The position numbers and the translations under genes are program-made. 64,000 nt of DNA, taken from positions 2,172,001 through 2,236,000 of the forward strand of contig NC_045697.1 in the NCBI RefSeq assembly GCF_009834535.1, in the 5' to 3' direction. Shown here piece by piece: positions 23,058 to 36,504 of the stretch (positions are counted from its first letter, which is position 1; each line of letters begins with the position of its first letter). This DNA is from Camelus ferus (taxonomy: Eukaryota). A model generated the notes under the pieces. It made no database searches. It saw only the letters and a program-made list of their open reading frames with translations, and had not been told where the DNA came from.

Positions 23058-24120
23058 CTTTTCTAACTGGAGTCTAGCCGGTTTACAATGTTGTGTTTCT
23101 GCTGCACGGCAGTGAGTCAGTTACATGCATACACGTTCCTGTTCAGTACAGGCCGTCATGAGGAGTTCCCCATGCTGTACTGCAGGACTTCGCTGTCTGT
23201 TTTACATAGAGACGTTTGTATCTGCTAATCCCAAATCCTAATTCATTCCTCCTCACTCTTTCCTCTCTGGTAACTGTAAGTTTGTTTTCTATGTGAGTCT
23301 ATCTCTGTTTTGTAAATAAGTTCATTTGTGTCCTTTTTAAAAATTAGATTCCGCATGTAAGTGATACCATATGGTGTTTTTCTTTCTCTTTCTGGCTTAG
23401 CTCATTTAGTATGATAATCTCAGGTCCATCCATGCTGCTGCAAATGGCGTTATTTTATTCTTTTTGTGGCTGAATAGTACTCCATCATATAAATGTACCA
23501 GAGCTTCTTCATCCAGCCCTCTGCTAACGGACACTTTGCGCTTCCACGCCGACTATCGTGAACAGTGCTGCTGTGAACAGTGGGATGCGCGTGTCTTGTC
23601 GCATTAGAGGTCCCTCCAGATATGTACCCAGGAGTGGGACAGCTGGGTCATGTGGTAAGTCTGTTTTTAGTGTTTTGAGGAATCTCCATGTTTTCCGCAG
23701 TGGCTGCACCAAACTGCATTCCCACCAGCAGTGCAGGAGGGCTCCCTTTTCTCCACAGCCTCTCCAGCATTTATCGTTTGTGGCCTTTCTCATGATGGCC
23801 ACTCTGACCAGTGTGAGGTGACACCTCATTGTAGTTTTGATTTGCATTTCTCTGATGATTAGCTCCCTTGTCAGTCACATCATTTACAAATATTTTCTCC
23901 CATTCTGTAGGTTGTCTTGTCTTGTCTTTTTTATGGTGTCCTTTGTTCTGCAAAAGCTTGTAAATTCAGTTCAGGCCCCACTTGCTTAGTTTCGCTTTCC
24001 CGCCTGCCGCCCGGGCAGCCCGGCCCGGGAGAGCGCTGCTGGGGCTCGCGTCAGGGACGCTCTGCCTGCGCGCTCTTCTGGGAGGGTTCTGGCGTCTTGT
24101 CTTACGCGGAAGACTTAAGC
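23058..24120 (-). mobile_element. LINE-1 3' end (ORF2 C-terminus and 3' UTR)
   Basis: ORF 23524-23847 reads [50 protein letters not shown], the L1 ORF2 Cys-rich domain. The 3' UTR matches the copy at 46895-47420. Confidence 0.92.
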
Positions 24121-25426
24121 CATCTGAGCTTCTCACACGCACTTCTTAACCGACGTGTCTTCTTCCTTGGTCAGGGAAGCCAGCGCACCTGCCCACCCGC
24201 ATCCTTGCCTGTCACAGCGATTTCCCCTGCAGATTCTTGTATCGTGGTGTCAGTTCTAGATTGCATGTCTCACCACGGGTTACCTGGCTTCTCTCTACTC
24301 CCCTCTGCCAAGTGCAGGAGCAGATCCACACACCCGTCCTTCTTGCTACTTCTACCTTCTTTTAGTTTAAAAGTTTGACTAAGTCTTGAGTAAGAAGTGC
24401 GCCCCTGCAGTGCAGCCCAGCTCCTGTTTTCAGAGCTCCCTGTGCACTTGCAGCAGCGTCCTGTGCTGGTACCAGTGTCCACACTGCCTGCTGCCTCCTG
24501 TCCTCACTGAATCTCAACCAGAGGCCCATCCGCAGATGGGCCCCCTCACGCCTTAATGCCTGGAACTTGCCCCGATTCGTGGGTTCACCACGAATGACTG
24601 TGGTAGGGTGGGCAGTGGCTATTTCCCACAGCCCTGCCAGGTCAGGCGCCCCCAACCTCCCCTGTGAGGGGTGCTCCAGTCTAGGCTGTCCTACACCTCT
24701 GTGCATTGCCTGGGGTGCCAGCGTCACCCCACAGTGGAGCTGACGTCCCCATCTGGGGCAGACATGAGCCCTGCTGAGCCATGCACGAGGAGTGACCCCG
24801 CTTGGGCCAACTGTTGCTGCCCTGAGATGGTCCCTGCTTCCTATGGAACCAGGTGTGGTGTCCACGAGCCCTAGACTGAGTTCTTGGGAAACCACTGCCA
24901 CCTGCATGCCCTACGGAGGCTCCAAAGGCACCTCAGGCAGCTGGCAGGAGTTAAGGACACTCAGAACCAGTGCCTGGCTGCACATTCCAGGGCCAGGATG
25001 CCAGTTGTGTGGCTGGAAGAGCCCCGCTCCAGGCCAGCCTGCCCCCACTGCCCACACCTCTTGCCTGGTCACCCAGCTGAGAGCACGAGTGCAGACAGGT
25101 GTCCTGGCCCTGAACAGGCCCAGAGGTGGCTGGGGGTGGGGGGTGGGGAGCCCCTGTTCCCCAGCGCCCCAGAGTGATGGCCTAGCCCCAACCCCCTTCA
25201 GGGCTGTGCAGCCCCCTTGTGGAAGCAGGTGTGTGGCTGTATGCCTGAAGCCCCCACCAAGATCCATGACGCTGGGACGATCGCCTTCCGTCTGCAGAAA
25301 GGAACCAAGGCTCAGGGAGGAGTGGCCAGGCGCACACACGGGGTCAGGGGGCTAGGGGCCGGCAGCCTGGCGAGGACGAAACCGTGGCAGGCCCGCCCCC
25401 CGGGAGGCCGGCCGGCGCGCACGCAC

Positions 25427-25603
25427 CTTGTAGCCCAGCTGCTTGGTCTTCTCCTCCAGCAGGGCGTACCTCTCCTTGTTCTGGCTGATGTGCTCCGGGT
25501 CACCGAAGCTCTCCACGTGCTTCAGCTTCTGATGGGAAATTTCCAGCTGCTTCTGATAGTGGTTGTGCTTTTCAATCTTGGCTTCAAAGTGCTTAAGTTC
25601 TTC
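25427..25603 (-). CDS. LRPAP1: LRPAP1 exon 7
   Basis: ttttctag acceptor, GTGCGT donor, 177 nt. Encodes EELKHFEAKIEKHNHYQKQLEISHQKLKHVESFGDPEHISQNKERYALLEEKTKQLGYK. Confidence 0.97.
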
Positions 25604-26973
25604 CTAGAAAAACAGTGAAACAACTGAATGTCCCCCGACACGCTCTAACTCCCATTTCAGGGCTCCCTGATCAAATTTGACGTGTTTCAGAACACCGAGG
25701 GCAGACTACACGCTTGGTCCCACTGGGGAACAGGGCTCAGCACAGGACAGCAGCAGCCCCCCACACCATCCCAGCTCAACGTGCGGCCCGCCGGGGACAG
25801 CTCCGGGGGCCGAGCGGGGGCAGCGGGCTCTGCTGCCCCGGCCGCCACGCACTCGGGGAGCAGCACGTGTGGGAACCGCGAGCGGTGCTTCCCTGTCAGA
25901 GACCCAGCCCGCCCCCGATGACCTCTGAACCCACACCTCTGTGAACGGCACCTGCCAGGCATCTGGTTCTCTCTAGCCTGGACCCCGTTTCCAGCCTGAA
26001 ACGTGGGCTTGAGTTTTACCCAGCCCCCTGCGCACTGCCCCCCCGCCCCCTTCCACCCTACAGCCTCCTGTCCGTCAGGAGCAGAAGGGACAACATGACT
26101 GCCCTCCTGCCCGCCCCGCGCTCCTGGGTGACACATCCCACCTCCAATCCCACTGCAGCCTTGAGGTGGGCTGTCACTGCCCCGGGCCTCAGTGTGGGGC
26201 TCCGTGTTCTGCCCAGGCCCGCGAGCCCACAGTGTGGGCCCTCTGAATGGCCTGAACTCTGTGAGGGCTCAGGATGGATGCCCACTTGGGACCTACCCTG
26301 GACACATGCTGGCTGACCTAACGTGTCTCACGGAGCTGACACCCTCCTCAGGTCCCTCCCTGCTCCCAGCGGCCACACAGGGCAGCTCCCTCCCACCCTC
26401 CCGCCAACTCCCTGGCAACCATGGGCACACCACTCCCGAGACCCCTGCTGGGCCTCCAGGGCCTCCTACCCTCCCCCTAAGACCGCCCCGCTCCCTGCCC
26501 CGGGCACCTCCAGGCCCACACCAGTTGCCTCCTGAACAACTCAAGGGGCTTCAACTCCACAGGCCCCATGCGGAGCCCACTCCCCCGATCCCCGACATGC
26601 TGACCTGTGCTGCCTCTGTCACAACAGGACCCACAGGAAAGCGATGCCCAGGTGCCCCAAGACCCTTCCTTCCTCCAGGCCCAGCCCCGGGGCCCCCTGC
26701 AGGGTCCTAACGGTTCCTCTTCCAAATCCTTGTCCACCTGCTTGTTCCATAAAATCCTGCACCCCACACTGTCCACTCACTGGAGACCAGCTTTGTCCCA
26801 CATGGGCCACCAACCAGGACAGTGGAGGGACGCAGGGGTCAAGGGGAAAGCCCCTGGGAAAACACTGATCTGCGAGGACTGAGGAAGAAACCCTCCGCCA
26901 CGTCCCCAGAAAGTTCACCAGGAGAGGCTGCCAAATACTGTCACTGAGATGCCATCGCCTGGCGCCTCCTTAC

Positions 26974-27056
26974 CCGGAAGGACTCCAGCTCCTTCTCAGA
27001 GAAGTTGGCCGCCCTGGCCAGGTCCCAGAGGTCCATCACCCGTGGCTCCTCGAACT
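26974..27056 (-). CDS. LRPAP1: LRPAP1 exon 6
   Basis: ctgcag acceptor, GTAAGG donor, 83 nt. Encodes EFEEPRVMDLWDLARAANFSEKELESFR (N-glycosylation sequon NFS). Confidence 0.97.
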
Positions 27057-27910
27057 CTGCAGAGCACAGGCAGGTCAGTGACACACACGGCACCGGGGAC
27101 ACCCAGGGCCACACGCGCCCGAGTGCACAGAGCATGTGTGTCTAAGCGTACATGTGCGTGACTGTGTGTGCACACACAGTGTTGATGTGCAGGTGTGTAT
27201 TTGGTTTCTTCTGGAAGCAGACCGGGTACTCCCCACATGCATTCAGTCTGCAGTGTACGGGACCCAGCGGAATGGGGCCTTGGTGATGCCCCCACCTGCC
27301 CCTCGGTCAATCCGCTGCGCCCTAGGGTGCAGGAGTCCCACAAGTGAGCGGGGGGGGGGGGAGAGCTGGGGGGTACGAGGGGGAAGGGGTTGTGGGAGTC
27401 AAGATTGTGGGTGCCCCCACCTGCAGTTCCAGGCTAAGGCTCAGGCCACTGCCCATCCTGCTAGCTCTGAAGTGAAGCAAACCAGATGGAAGGGACCCCT
27501 TACCCTCGGCCAGTGCTCACAAGCCGACGCGGTGAGGGTGCCGGCCTCTCACCCACCTTCTGGAGGAGGCTGGGCACAAGTGGCCCTGGCTGCCTGCCCA
27601 GCACTGATCTCACCAGCTGCTCCACCTCCTCCCTCGGGGGACCCCCTCCTGCTGCCCAGGGCCGCAGGGCATTGCTGGAAGGACTCAGACTAGCAGGAGA
27701 AACCGAGCAGCTGGCTGGACGCAGCCCTGGAAGGGGCTGGGTGGAGGTCAGAAGTGCCCCCTGCTTCTCTGCATGGCCGGGGCCTCGGAGTCGTTGCTCC
27801 ACAGTAGCTCAATGGCTTCCCAGAGTGGCCCTCGAGGTGGCCCCGTTCCCCCACCAGGTGCGCCTGCAGGAGCAGGGGAGAGGGCACGTGGGGGACGGCC
27901 GCGAGCTCAC

Positions 27911-28069
27911 CGGCCTGGGCGCCGTAGCCCTGGTGGCTGACTTTCCGCAGGCGCTCGAAGCCCTGGCTCACGTCCCGCAGCTTGTCCTTCAGCTCGGCGT
28001 GTCTGCTCTGCAGCACCTCCTCCTTGACGCGGGTCATGTCGGCAGGACTGACGACGTTTTCGCGAACTT
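27911..28069 (-). CDS. LRPAP1: LRPAP1 exon 5
   Basis: cccacag acceptor, GTGAGC donor, 159 nt. Encodes EVRENVVSPADMTRVKEEVLQSRHAELKDKLRDVSQGFERLRKVSHQGYGAQA. Confidence 0.97.
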
Positions 28070-28227
28070 CTGTGGGAACCAGAAGCAGGGCGCCCACGCA
28101 TGAGAGCCTGGGCCTGGGACAGCAGCTCCATGGAGCCTTGTCTAGATCTCACAGGGCAGTGGCCAGCTCCATTCTGGAACATTCTGGAGCCAGGGCTGCC
28201 CACAGGGGGGCCCGGAGCCTCACACAC

Positions 28228-28348
28228 CTTCTGTCCCGCTCAGGGTCTCCAGCAGGACGTTGTACTCATGGACTTTGTCCTGGTAATGCTGGAACTCCCG
28301 CCACAGCCTGTCCAGATTTTCGCTGGAGAACTTCCCAGAGGTCTTCGC
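28228..28348 (-). CDS. LRPAP1: LRPAP1 exon 4
   Basis: ctttcag acceptor, GTGTGT donor, 121 nt. Encodes AKTSGKFSSENLDRLWREFQHYQDKVHEYNVLLETLSGTE. Confidence 0.97.
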
Positions 28349-28584
28349 CTGAAAGCACAGTGGCCTCGGGTGAACACCCCGGTCGGCCATGCTCACCGTC
28401 CACGTCCAGGGGAGGGAGAACCCCAGTTCTTGCCCCACTCAGTGATGGTCCAGACAGCACGTCCTGGACAGGAGCTGGTGGGCAAAGGAGAATGAAGCCT
28501 GAATCCCCACCTGGCCGGCACCCCCAACCAGGCGACCACGCCTTTCTGAGTCATGGAACTTGCCCGTGGGATCAAACTAAATTA

Positions 28585-28794
28585 TAGATGACCCTGCAAC
28601 ATGGGTTTGAACCGCGTGCATCCACGCGCTTGTGTGAGGATATTTTCAAAGAACAAGGCAGTGCACATGCTCGGCAGGTGGCTGAATCCGCAGGTGCAGA
28701 ACCATGGACACAGAGGGCAGACTAAGTCACACTCAAATTTTCAACCGTGTGGAGGGTCAGCACCCCTAAGCCCCGTACGTTCAAGGGTCAACTG
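28585..28794. mobile_element. Tigger2-like non-autonomous DNA transposon in LRPAP1 intron 3
   Basis: Degenerate terminal inverted repeats tagatgaccctgcaac ... gttcaagggtcaactg, flanked by TA (28583-28584) and TC. Confidence 0.75.
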
Positions 28795-29074
28795 TCCAGG
28801 CACAAAGAGAAAAGAGCCGCTGGTTACACCACGAGCCCGTTTCTAACCACAGGTCATCCACACGCCCCTAACACAGGAAGCTCTGACGGCCACACAGGAA
28901 CCCCGGATGAGAGCAGCGAGTGTTCTGAACAGGAAAGACACGACCCCGGAGAAATGGGTACAGCCTCACGAAGAGACCACGTCCCAGTGGGACACCCCAC
29001 ACCGGGCCAGACGACAGGGCAGGGGTTAGCATGAGGGCGCGCATTCCCGGGGTGGCGGACGGTGCCCTTGGTAC

Positions 29075-29199
29075 CTTGTGCCACAGCTTCTCCAGCCGAG
29101 GGTCCTCCAGGCTGTCGTCCTGGGCGTCGTGGCTGAGGAAGTTGCTGCTCACAGCCCGGGCATCCTTCCTCCCGTCCAGACCGTACTTGGCCAGGATGA
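29075..29199 (-). CDS. LRPAP1: LRPAP1 exon 3
   Basis: ctcctag acceptor, GTACCA donor, 125 nt. Encodes VILAKYGLDGRKDARAVSSNFLSHDAQDDSLEDPRLEKLWHK. Confidence 0.97.
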
Positions 29200-31982
29200 C
29201 TAGGAGAGAGCGGGAGGCGGTCACTAGCAGCGGCGCCCCAGCCCGGGGGCCACAGCGCCCTGCTGACTTCGGCACCGGCCTCCGCCCCCGGCTTTCCCGG
29301 CCACTCGGGACCTGGCGGAAGGAGCGTGAACAAACCTGGGGCTGCCGCTCTACCGACGCGTCCGGGGCTCGGGGACACCCCCAACACACACCAGCCCGGC
29401 CCCTCCACCCTGACCGCAGTGGAGCCTGTGCGTTTCGGCCGGGATGGGGCTGTCACCCACCGGACCGTCTCTACAGACCAGCGCTTCCCAGGTGTTCAAA
29501 ACCGAAACCTGCAGCCTGTTTCTGTCGGGGGGCCAACTCCAGTGAGCAAGAGGGCGGCAGTTCACTGAGTGGACGGGGCAGGGGCCGGGGCAGCTTTTCC
29601 ACAACCCAAAACATATTTGTATTTGAAGGAAAATACTTTCTAAAGGTGAAACCCCTGTTGGTGCTTTCAGTGAAAAGGCACCAGCAGCAGCCGGAAAGGA
29701 CAGCAGCTCCGGCCTACTGGCCAGCCGACGGGGTGGCGACTGGGTGTCACTTCTCAGGCACACTCAGGACCCGGCGCCCGCCCACAGCCTCTGCATCAGA
29801 AGGGGGCCTGCGTCTCAGACCCCGTCGTCACCAGCACAGCGCGGGGCAGGGGGCCGGCAGGAGACTGGAGAACAGCTCGGCCAGCGGGGCAGGGTTCCTG
29901 GGCCTACCCTGGGACGGGGGTCCTGCCCGGGATGGTCCTGCCTTCCCAGTGCTTCCTCCCATGCCCTACCTGCCTCCTTAGTTGGGAGTGGGTCTGACCC
30001 ATCCCCCTGATCTGAAGGGACGCGGGTCCTCCAGATGGCAGATACGACCCACTGTCCCCTCCACGGCCGCACCCCGGGCCTCTCCCAAGCTCCCCATCCT
30101 GTCTTCCCCAGGAACTGGGCACAGGGCTTCCCTTCCCCCTGCACCCCATCCCTGCCATCCCTGGGGTCCTCATCTAAGCAGTGGCCCCTCTGACCCTTGA
30201 CCTCCAGTCCCTTCTCTGGACTTTACCCCAATAGGTGGTGGACGCAATTAGCGCCTGCGGCCCACCTGTGCAGCCTCCACACCCAGCTCCTCGCCCTGGG
30301 GCCCCACGGCCCTGCCAGGCCTAATCTTGGCTTTTGGGGTTTCACTTCTCTGCCTACACTGCCTGCACCTCGGAACTCACTTTCCCGGATGCTTAGACCA
30401 ATGGAATGAGCTGTGAAGTGTGTATGTTCTTAGCGTCCAGTCTGTGCTTTCCCTAAACGTAAACCGTGGTCCTCGCCCTAAACTGCAGAAGCCCCCCCGC
30501 CCCCCCTGAGTGATGGATGCTGCCTGGGGCAGGGCCTTCAGGGGAGATCACAAAATCCATCACACCCTGGGACTGAGACCAGCATCTTACCACGTGTAAC
30601 TTATACCCTAAAACTATCATGGAAAAAAGGCTACTGGATGTCCCGGCCCAGAGAGCTGGGGCCTGGCACTGCCTTCGAGGCCCATGCAGTGGTCATCCTG
30701 GCCAGAGTCCCGGCCTCGCATCACTAGTGCAGAAAGGAGCCCCAGGCTTGGCAACCCCAACCCACCCGGAATGACCCCAGTGGCCCTGAGCCTGGCGGGG
30801 AGAAGCACTGGGCTGTCCACGTCCTCGAGCCAGTGCCTGCAGCCAGCAGAAGGCAGAACCAGCAGGCAAGGCAAGGTACACGAATCTTGGGGTGCACTCA
30901 GCAGCCCCAAGCCCAGCCTCCTGTTTCCAGGAAAGGCTGCAGCCCTGGAGTGCACTCTATGGGGTGGCCCAGCCCGGGGTGTGAGGCTGCAGAGCAGAAA
31001 GGGCAGGACCCGTCTGCTCAGGACTCAACTGGGTGTGCTGAGTGTGCCGGCAAGACCTCGGCCAGAACTAGGCAGATCCTGCGGAGTTTGTCCCTCCAGT
31101 GTGGGGGCACACCAGGGCGAGCACCGTTAGCACACAGGACAGGCCTGGTCACGCTCGGGTCCTGGTCTGGATGCTGTACTACGCGGCATCTGCCTTGGAA
31201 ATGGCGTGGGGCGGGGGAGGGCACCAAGGGGATGGCAGACGGGGTCCTGTGGACCACATCCAGAAGACGGCCAGCCACTCGGTGAACAGTCCCGCAGAAC
31301 GGACACTCAGAGGGCCTGCCTCAGCACTCCAGCTCCTTCCGGGCTGACTGAGGTCACCCAGGCACCCACAAAGGAACCAACGTCACCCACGAGACCTGTG
31401 ACAGGAACCTGGACACTGTCTGGGCTGGAAGCTGCTCCCAGGAGGAAAGGGTCTGGCAGTGAGAGTCCAGGGTGAAGGTGTCAGCGGGAGGGAGCTGACC
31501 ACTGGCTATCTCTCTGTGCCCCCCGTGCGCCTCCACCTCACAGCCCCAGGCCACCTGGAGTGCACAGGGAGCCTGAGACGGTGGGTGGACTCTGGGCCCG
31601 TGCGGAGCAGCACCGGGCTTGGTTCGGCGAGGGCTCGCTCTTCACTGGGTGGACTAGGACCTGGGACACCCCTACTTTCTCTTCCACAGTGACTGTAGGC
31701 ACCTGGCCACCCCTGGCTGCCCCCCTGGCCCAGGCAGCTCTGGGCCTTTGGCGGCTTGCGCGTTAACGCGGCCGGACACCCTCGCCCTGGCCCTCGCGCT
31801 CGCTGGCCGAGAGCCCTCAGAGGACAGCCCGGCGGCTGCGCCTGCCTACAGCCGAGGGCCACTCTGCCGAGGACGGGCTCGCGAGGAGGGGCTACCTCTC
31901 GTCCTGCCCACAAACCAGAGACAGAACGAGATGTGGGGCTGAGCCAGGAGCCCGCTTCCCTTGGTGAAAGACAGAGAGGTAC

Positions 31983-32127
31983 CGTTGAGACTGCGGATAA
32001 GCTTTGCCTCCTTCTCCCCATCTTCATCCAAGCCCTCAGCCTTCAGCTTCTTCCACTTGAATTCGTCCCGCTCTTGTATCTTCAGGTCAGCATGTAGCTC
32101 AGACAGTTTCACAGGAGTAAGGCCCAG
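31983..32127 (-). CDS. LRPAP1: LRPAP1 exon 2
   Basis: cccacag acceptor, GTACCT donor, 145 nt. Encodes LGLTPVKLSELHADLKIQERDEFKWKKLKAEGLDEDGEKEAKLIRSLN. Confidence 0.97.
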
Positions 32128-35100
32128 CTGTGGGACAAGAACAGAGACCACCTGAACACCTGCTGCGTGGTGACCAACGACATGGCCTGCAAGAAATGGG
32201 CCTCGGAGAGGAGCCAGGGTCCTGGATGGTCAAACTCCCTCATGTGTCCCTGCACGAGAGCCTCGGAGACCTCTGCCCACAGTGTGGAGACCACTGGCCT
32301 CTGCGTCCCGAGCCCGCTCTCTGGCCTTGCCAGACCCCAAGTCCCTGGGGAGCCCAAGCGTGCGGGTGCCAGTGGAAAGCTGGCTCCTGTAACGGGATGC
32401 TTCAGCTTCCCAGCCTGGACCCTGAGGACACCTTGCGGACACCTGGGGAAACGGGGTGGGGGGACGCGGGAGCACGAATGCAGGGCTTGGTCAGGAAACC
32501 AATACTTTTTCCTCGTATTACATAACTAGGATAAAAGACAGTGCAACTATCAGAGAGCAGATTGAATTTATGGAAAATGTCCGATTAAAACAAAAACCAA
32601 AAAACACAGCCATGGCTCCTTCGGGACACTGTCTGGGAAGCCCTTCCCCCGTGGAGCAGTTCCTGAGCCAGGAGCTGGCCGACCGAGGGACACGGGGCTG
32701 CACTGGCCACGGGCTGCGGGACTGAGAAGGGACCTCTAGCTCCTGACAGACCCTGTTCCAGGCTCAGCCACCTCACAGCTTCAGGGCTCGCACCACCTTT
32801 GTCAGCCAAAATGACACGGAAGGCTGTGTAAGTTCCATTAAACCTGCAGCTTTAAAAACCAACGAGCTAATGTGACAGGTGCCCGCACCCCTGAGGGAAT
32901 GGCCGAGTGACACAGGACACAAGACAGAATGCGGGGCTGAGTGCGGGGCTCCCCTGGTAGACGGGACAGTGGGCAAGGGCACCGGACTGGACTTCAGACA
33001 GCTTGGCTGTCCTGGGGGACTCGTCCACTCCGGGCTTGGCTGGACCCAGTGTGCGTGTGAGCAGCAGGGCGGAGGACAGCCCCCCGGCGCTAGAGCCTTG
33101 GGAGAAAGGGCTCCAGGTCAGGGCGGGAAGGAGCGGGGAGGAAACTGACGCTACGCAAGGAGAGGGCCCTGAGCGGAGGCTGCGGGGCAGCCGGGCCCCC
33201 AGCCGCCCCGGTCGGCGGCCCCCGTGAACTGGACTGCGCGGGCCGAGCAACGTCAACGTGAGCCCCGAGCCCGGGAGGTCTGGTGCAGACACATCACCAC
33301 AGCTTCAGCCCTGCCGGCCTCACCTCTCGTCGACCCCGTGGGGAGCAGGGACACCTGCGTCCCGTCCCAGCCTCTGAAGCGCACCCTGGGCTCTAAACAA
33401 ACTCCAGAGCCTTCAGACCAGGGAGCCTGACCCTGTGTGGCAGGACTCAGTGCCCCACTTACCCGCTGCGCGCGGGCCGTGCGGGGGCTTCCCCAGCCCC
33501 TCCACCCGACGGCAGTGCAGGGCGCTGGGGTCCAGCGAGGCCACCAGACATGCACACGTCACTCCATCCCTGACGCGACTCCAGCTCTGACGGGGTGGGT
33601 GGTGCTGAGGGAAGGCTGGGGGACGCCGTCTGTCAGAACCACTGCTTTGTGTTCTCAAGGTTTAATGGCTGATGTCTAAAGCCACACCAAGTGTCCCTGC
33701 GCCAGAACCGCGGGTCAGAATGCCCCTTCCTCGTGAGCCCCAGCTCAGACCTGCCTGGCTGGGTGCGCTGGGGGAAGTAAGCCACGTCCTTCACAAAACT
33801 TGGGTTCCTCTTTGTAAAGCAGGCTTGCCAAGATCTGCGTGACCCAGGACGTGCACACCTCAGCGCTCTGTGACACCAGCACATCAGAGGCTCTGACAAG
33901 TCCTGCAGCAGAGGAAGCTAGCAGCTCCATGAGCCCGGTGTCCTGAACCTACTTGACCTCAGACCAGTCACCCTCTCCGAGGACTGGCATTCTCAGGAAA
34001 CAGCCGAGGAACGGAGGAGCCAGGATGCCCAGTCGACCTGCATCACAGCTTGTCCTGGAGCTGGTCTCTCCCAAGTCCCCTCTGTGGCTTGAGGAGGGCC
34101 CAGCAGCCCCTCCTCCTCACAGCACCCCGCCCAGGGTGCCCCCCGCCGCTCACAGCCTCCGGCCCAGCCACGCTGGGCCTCCCTCACCCGGCCTCTCTCG
34201 GCCACACCAGCCCAGACGGGGCTCACACGTGACCAAGGCTGCTGAGGGAGCTGCTGCCCTGGGAGTGTGGGACCGGGGCTTGGAGGTGGCCAGGCAGCCT
34301 CAGTGGCGTGGGCCACCACGCCCCAGCGAGAGGACAGAGAAGGCTGCCGGGATAAGCGCCCCGGGGGAGGGCCCATTCTCAGTAAAGACGCTCCGAGTGC
34401 TTCTCTCCCCTGAGACCGGGTCGAGGCTGGGAACCAGGGCTGACCTGTGCTCTGTGGCCGCAAGGCTCTGGGCCACTGTCACCGCCTTGTGAAGCATTGT
34501 CACCCAGTGGAAGTGAGCACAGAACCCAGGGAGACCGAGAAGAGGCCCAGACTCTGGCTCTGGCCTTTCCTGCTGACACTTGTTGGCTCAGGCCAGGCCG
34601 GGGGAGCAAACATGCTGCACATTCCACCTGTCTCCAGACCACTGTACCTGCTGGTCACAAGGCCCCAGCTCAGATGTCACTTCCCAGCACCTGACCCCAC
34701 GGGCCCTGCAGGCTCTCCTGGGCGGCTGGAGCTCAGTCCTCACCCCCGAACACTGCCCAGGACAAAGCGGCCCCTTATCGACCGCAGAACTGTATCGGGA
34801 GAACAGTGGGCACCAGGCTTTTCAGGTTAAAAGGGTCATGAGAACGAACCCTTGGGGACGGCCACTGTGGTAGCCGAGAACCTCTGTAAAGGGTTCCCGC
34901 CCAAGAGGACGAGAACTGCCAGTGTCCCCAGTGTCCCTAATGGGCACCTGGCAGACCTTGGGCTCTCCCAGCTCTGCAGGGCCTTTAGGGAGATGCCAGA
35001 AAAACCTGGGGCCCACCCGCCACGAGCCTGGAACCTATCAGGGAAAGTCCCCCAGCACGAGCCAGACGGCACAGGTGACAGCAGGGCCCGGGTTCTCCAT

Positions 35101-36504
35101 CTGCTCTGCTGGCTCCCCTGGGGGTGGGCCCTTGCCTGGGGCCTTCTCCTGAGGCCTGTGCTCACTGCGGTCTCCCGTCCCCTCTTCTCCCCCGAGCTTG
35201 CTTCCCGCAGTCCACACGACTGCACCCGGGTGCCCCAGGCTTCTTAATCGCCGCCCAGGGCAGGCCTACCTGGCCCCGCCAGCCCAGCTGGCTCCCCAGC
35301 TCTGGAGGTGGCAGCCTCCTCTGACCTGCATTCCCAGGGGTGGGCCGATGAGGCACAGGGAGGCAGGATGGTGGGAAAGGCAGAGGGAGGGGCCCTCTAG
35401 CAGGAAGAAGAGCGCTAAGGGCTTCACCCTTCAGTCCACGTTTACTGCATCTCCATTGGTGACAGGCTTATCCCCGTTTCTGACTCCGTGCACACAGATG
35501 CTGGCTGCTCTGTTACTCGGCTCCTACTGAGTGACGCTGCGCTGCCCGAAGGGAGGCCTGCAGCCCACCCGGGATGCCGAGGGCACAGGCGCTCAGTGTC
35601 ACCACCAGGGGCCTGCTCGCAGCGGGAGGCGCAGCGGGGGACAGTGAGGGTGGAGGGACAGGCTCCCGGCTCCGCTCTCTGTGGCCTGTGTGGCAGCACA
35701 ACAGCCCAAGGTGGCCCTCTCTGGGGCTGTGGGGGAGGACCTGTGTCCTCCAACTGCCAGCAAGCTCCATCCCGGGGGGACAGATCTGGGGATCTCAGGC
35801 TGCTGGACAAACCACAGCCCGTGGTCCCCACTCACCCCGATTTTCCTGTCTGTCCGACTCCCCAGGGCTCTGAGGGAATCGAGGCGCTGACGTCAGGGCA
35901 GGGGCTCCATGGCTGGCAGACTCTGGTGCCCACCAGTGTGACTGTCACGCCCCCTGAGAGTCACTACCTCCCGGGTCTGAGAGCCCGGCAGGTCTAACCC
36001 TCCCAACGCATCACACAAAGACAGCTGCCCTCTGGTGCCAACCTTCCTGGGGCGCATGGAGGCCTGCAGGCCCGGGGCTGGAGACACCCACGGGGGCAGC
36101 AGCGCCCCTGAGACACAGCCATGGGGTCCGGGCAAGGAGGCCACGTGCAAACACCTGGTGCCTGCTCTCCTGACTCCTCCAATCCCTTTAACTTTGAGCT
36201 AAATTCATTCCTCACACGAACAAAACCAGTTAATAGAAACCAAACGCAAAGCAGACTCTGTCAAACATGAAAGAAAGTAAATCCTGACTCCACAACAGCA
36301 GCTGTGCAGGAAGCACGCGGCTCACAGAGACAGAGGCCCTCGGCCTGCGGGGTGGACACGGGTCTACATCTCAGGCGCCCTCCTGCCAGGGGACCTCACC
36401 ACCTTGGCACTCTCTCTTCTGTCTCTGAAACTTTCACAACCACCCTTGCAGGCTGCTCGGACCAACCGAGGCCCAGGAAGGTTAGGAAGCGGGCCCAGAA
36501 CACG

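Noticed and set aside
29031..29981. 316-aa plus-strand ORF antisense to LRPAP1 exon 3 (similarly 40251-41283 over exon 1)
   Set aside because: Low-complexity antisense shadow ORFs without homology or splice support.
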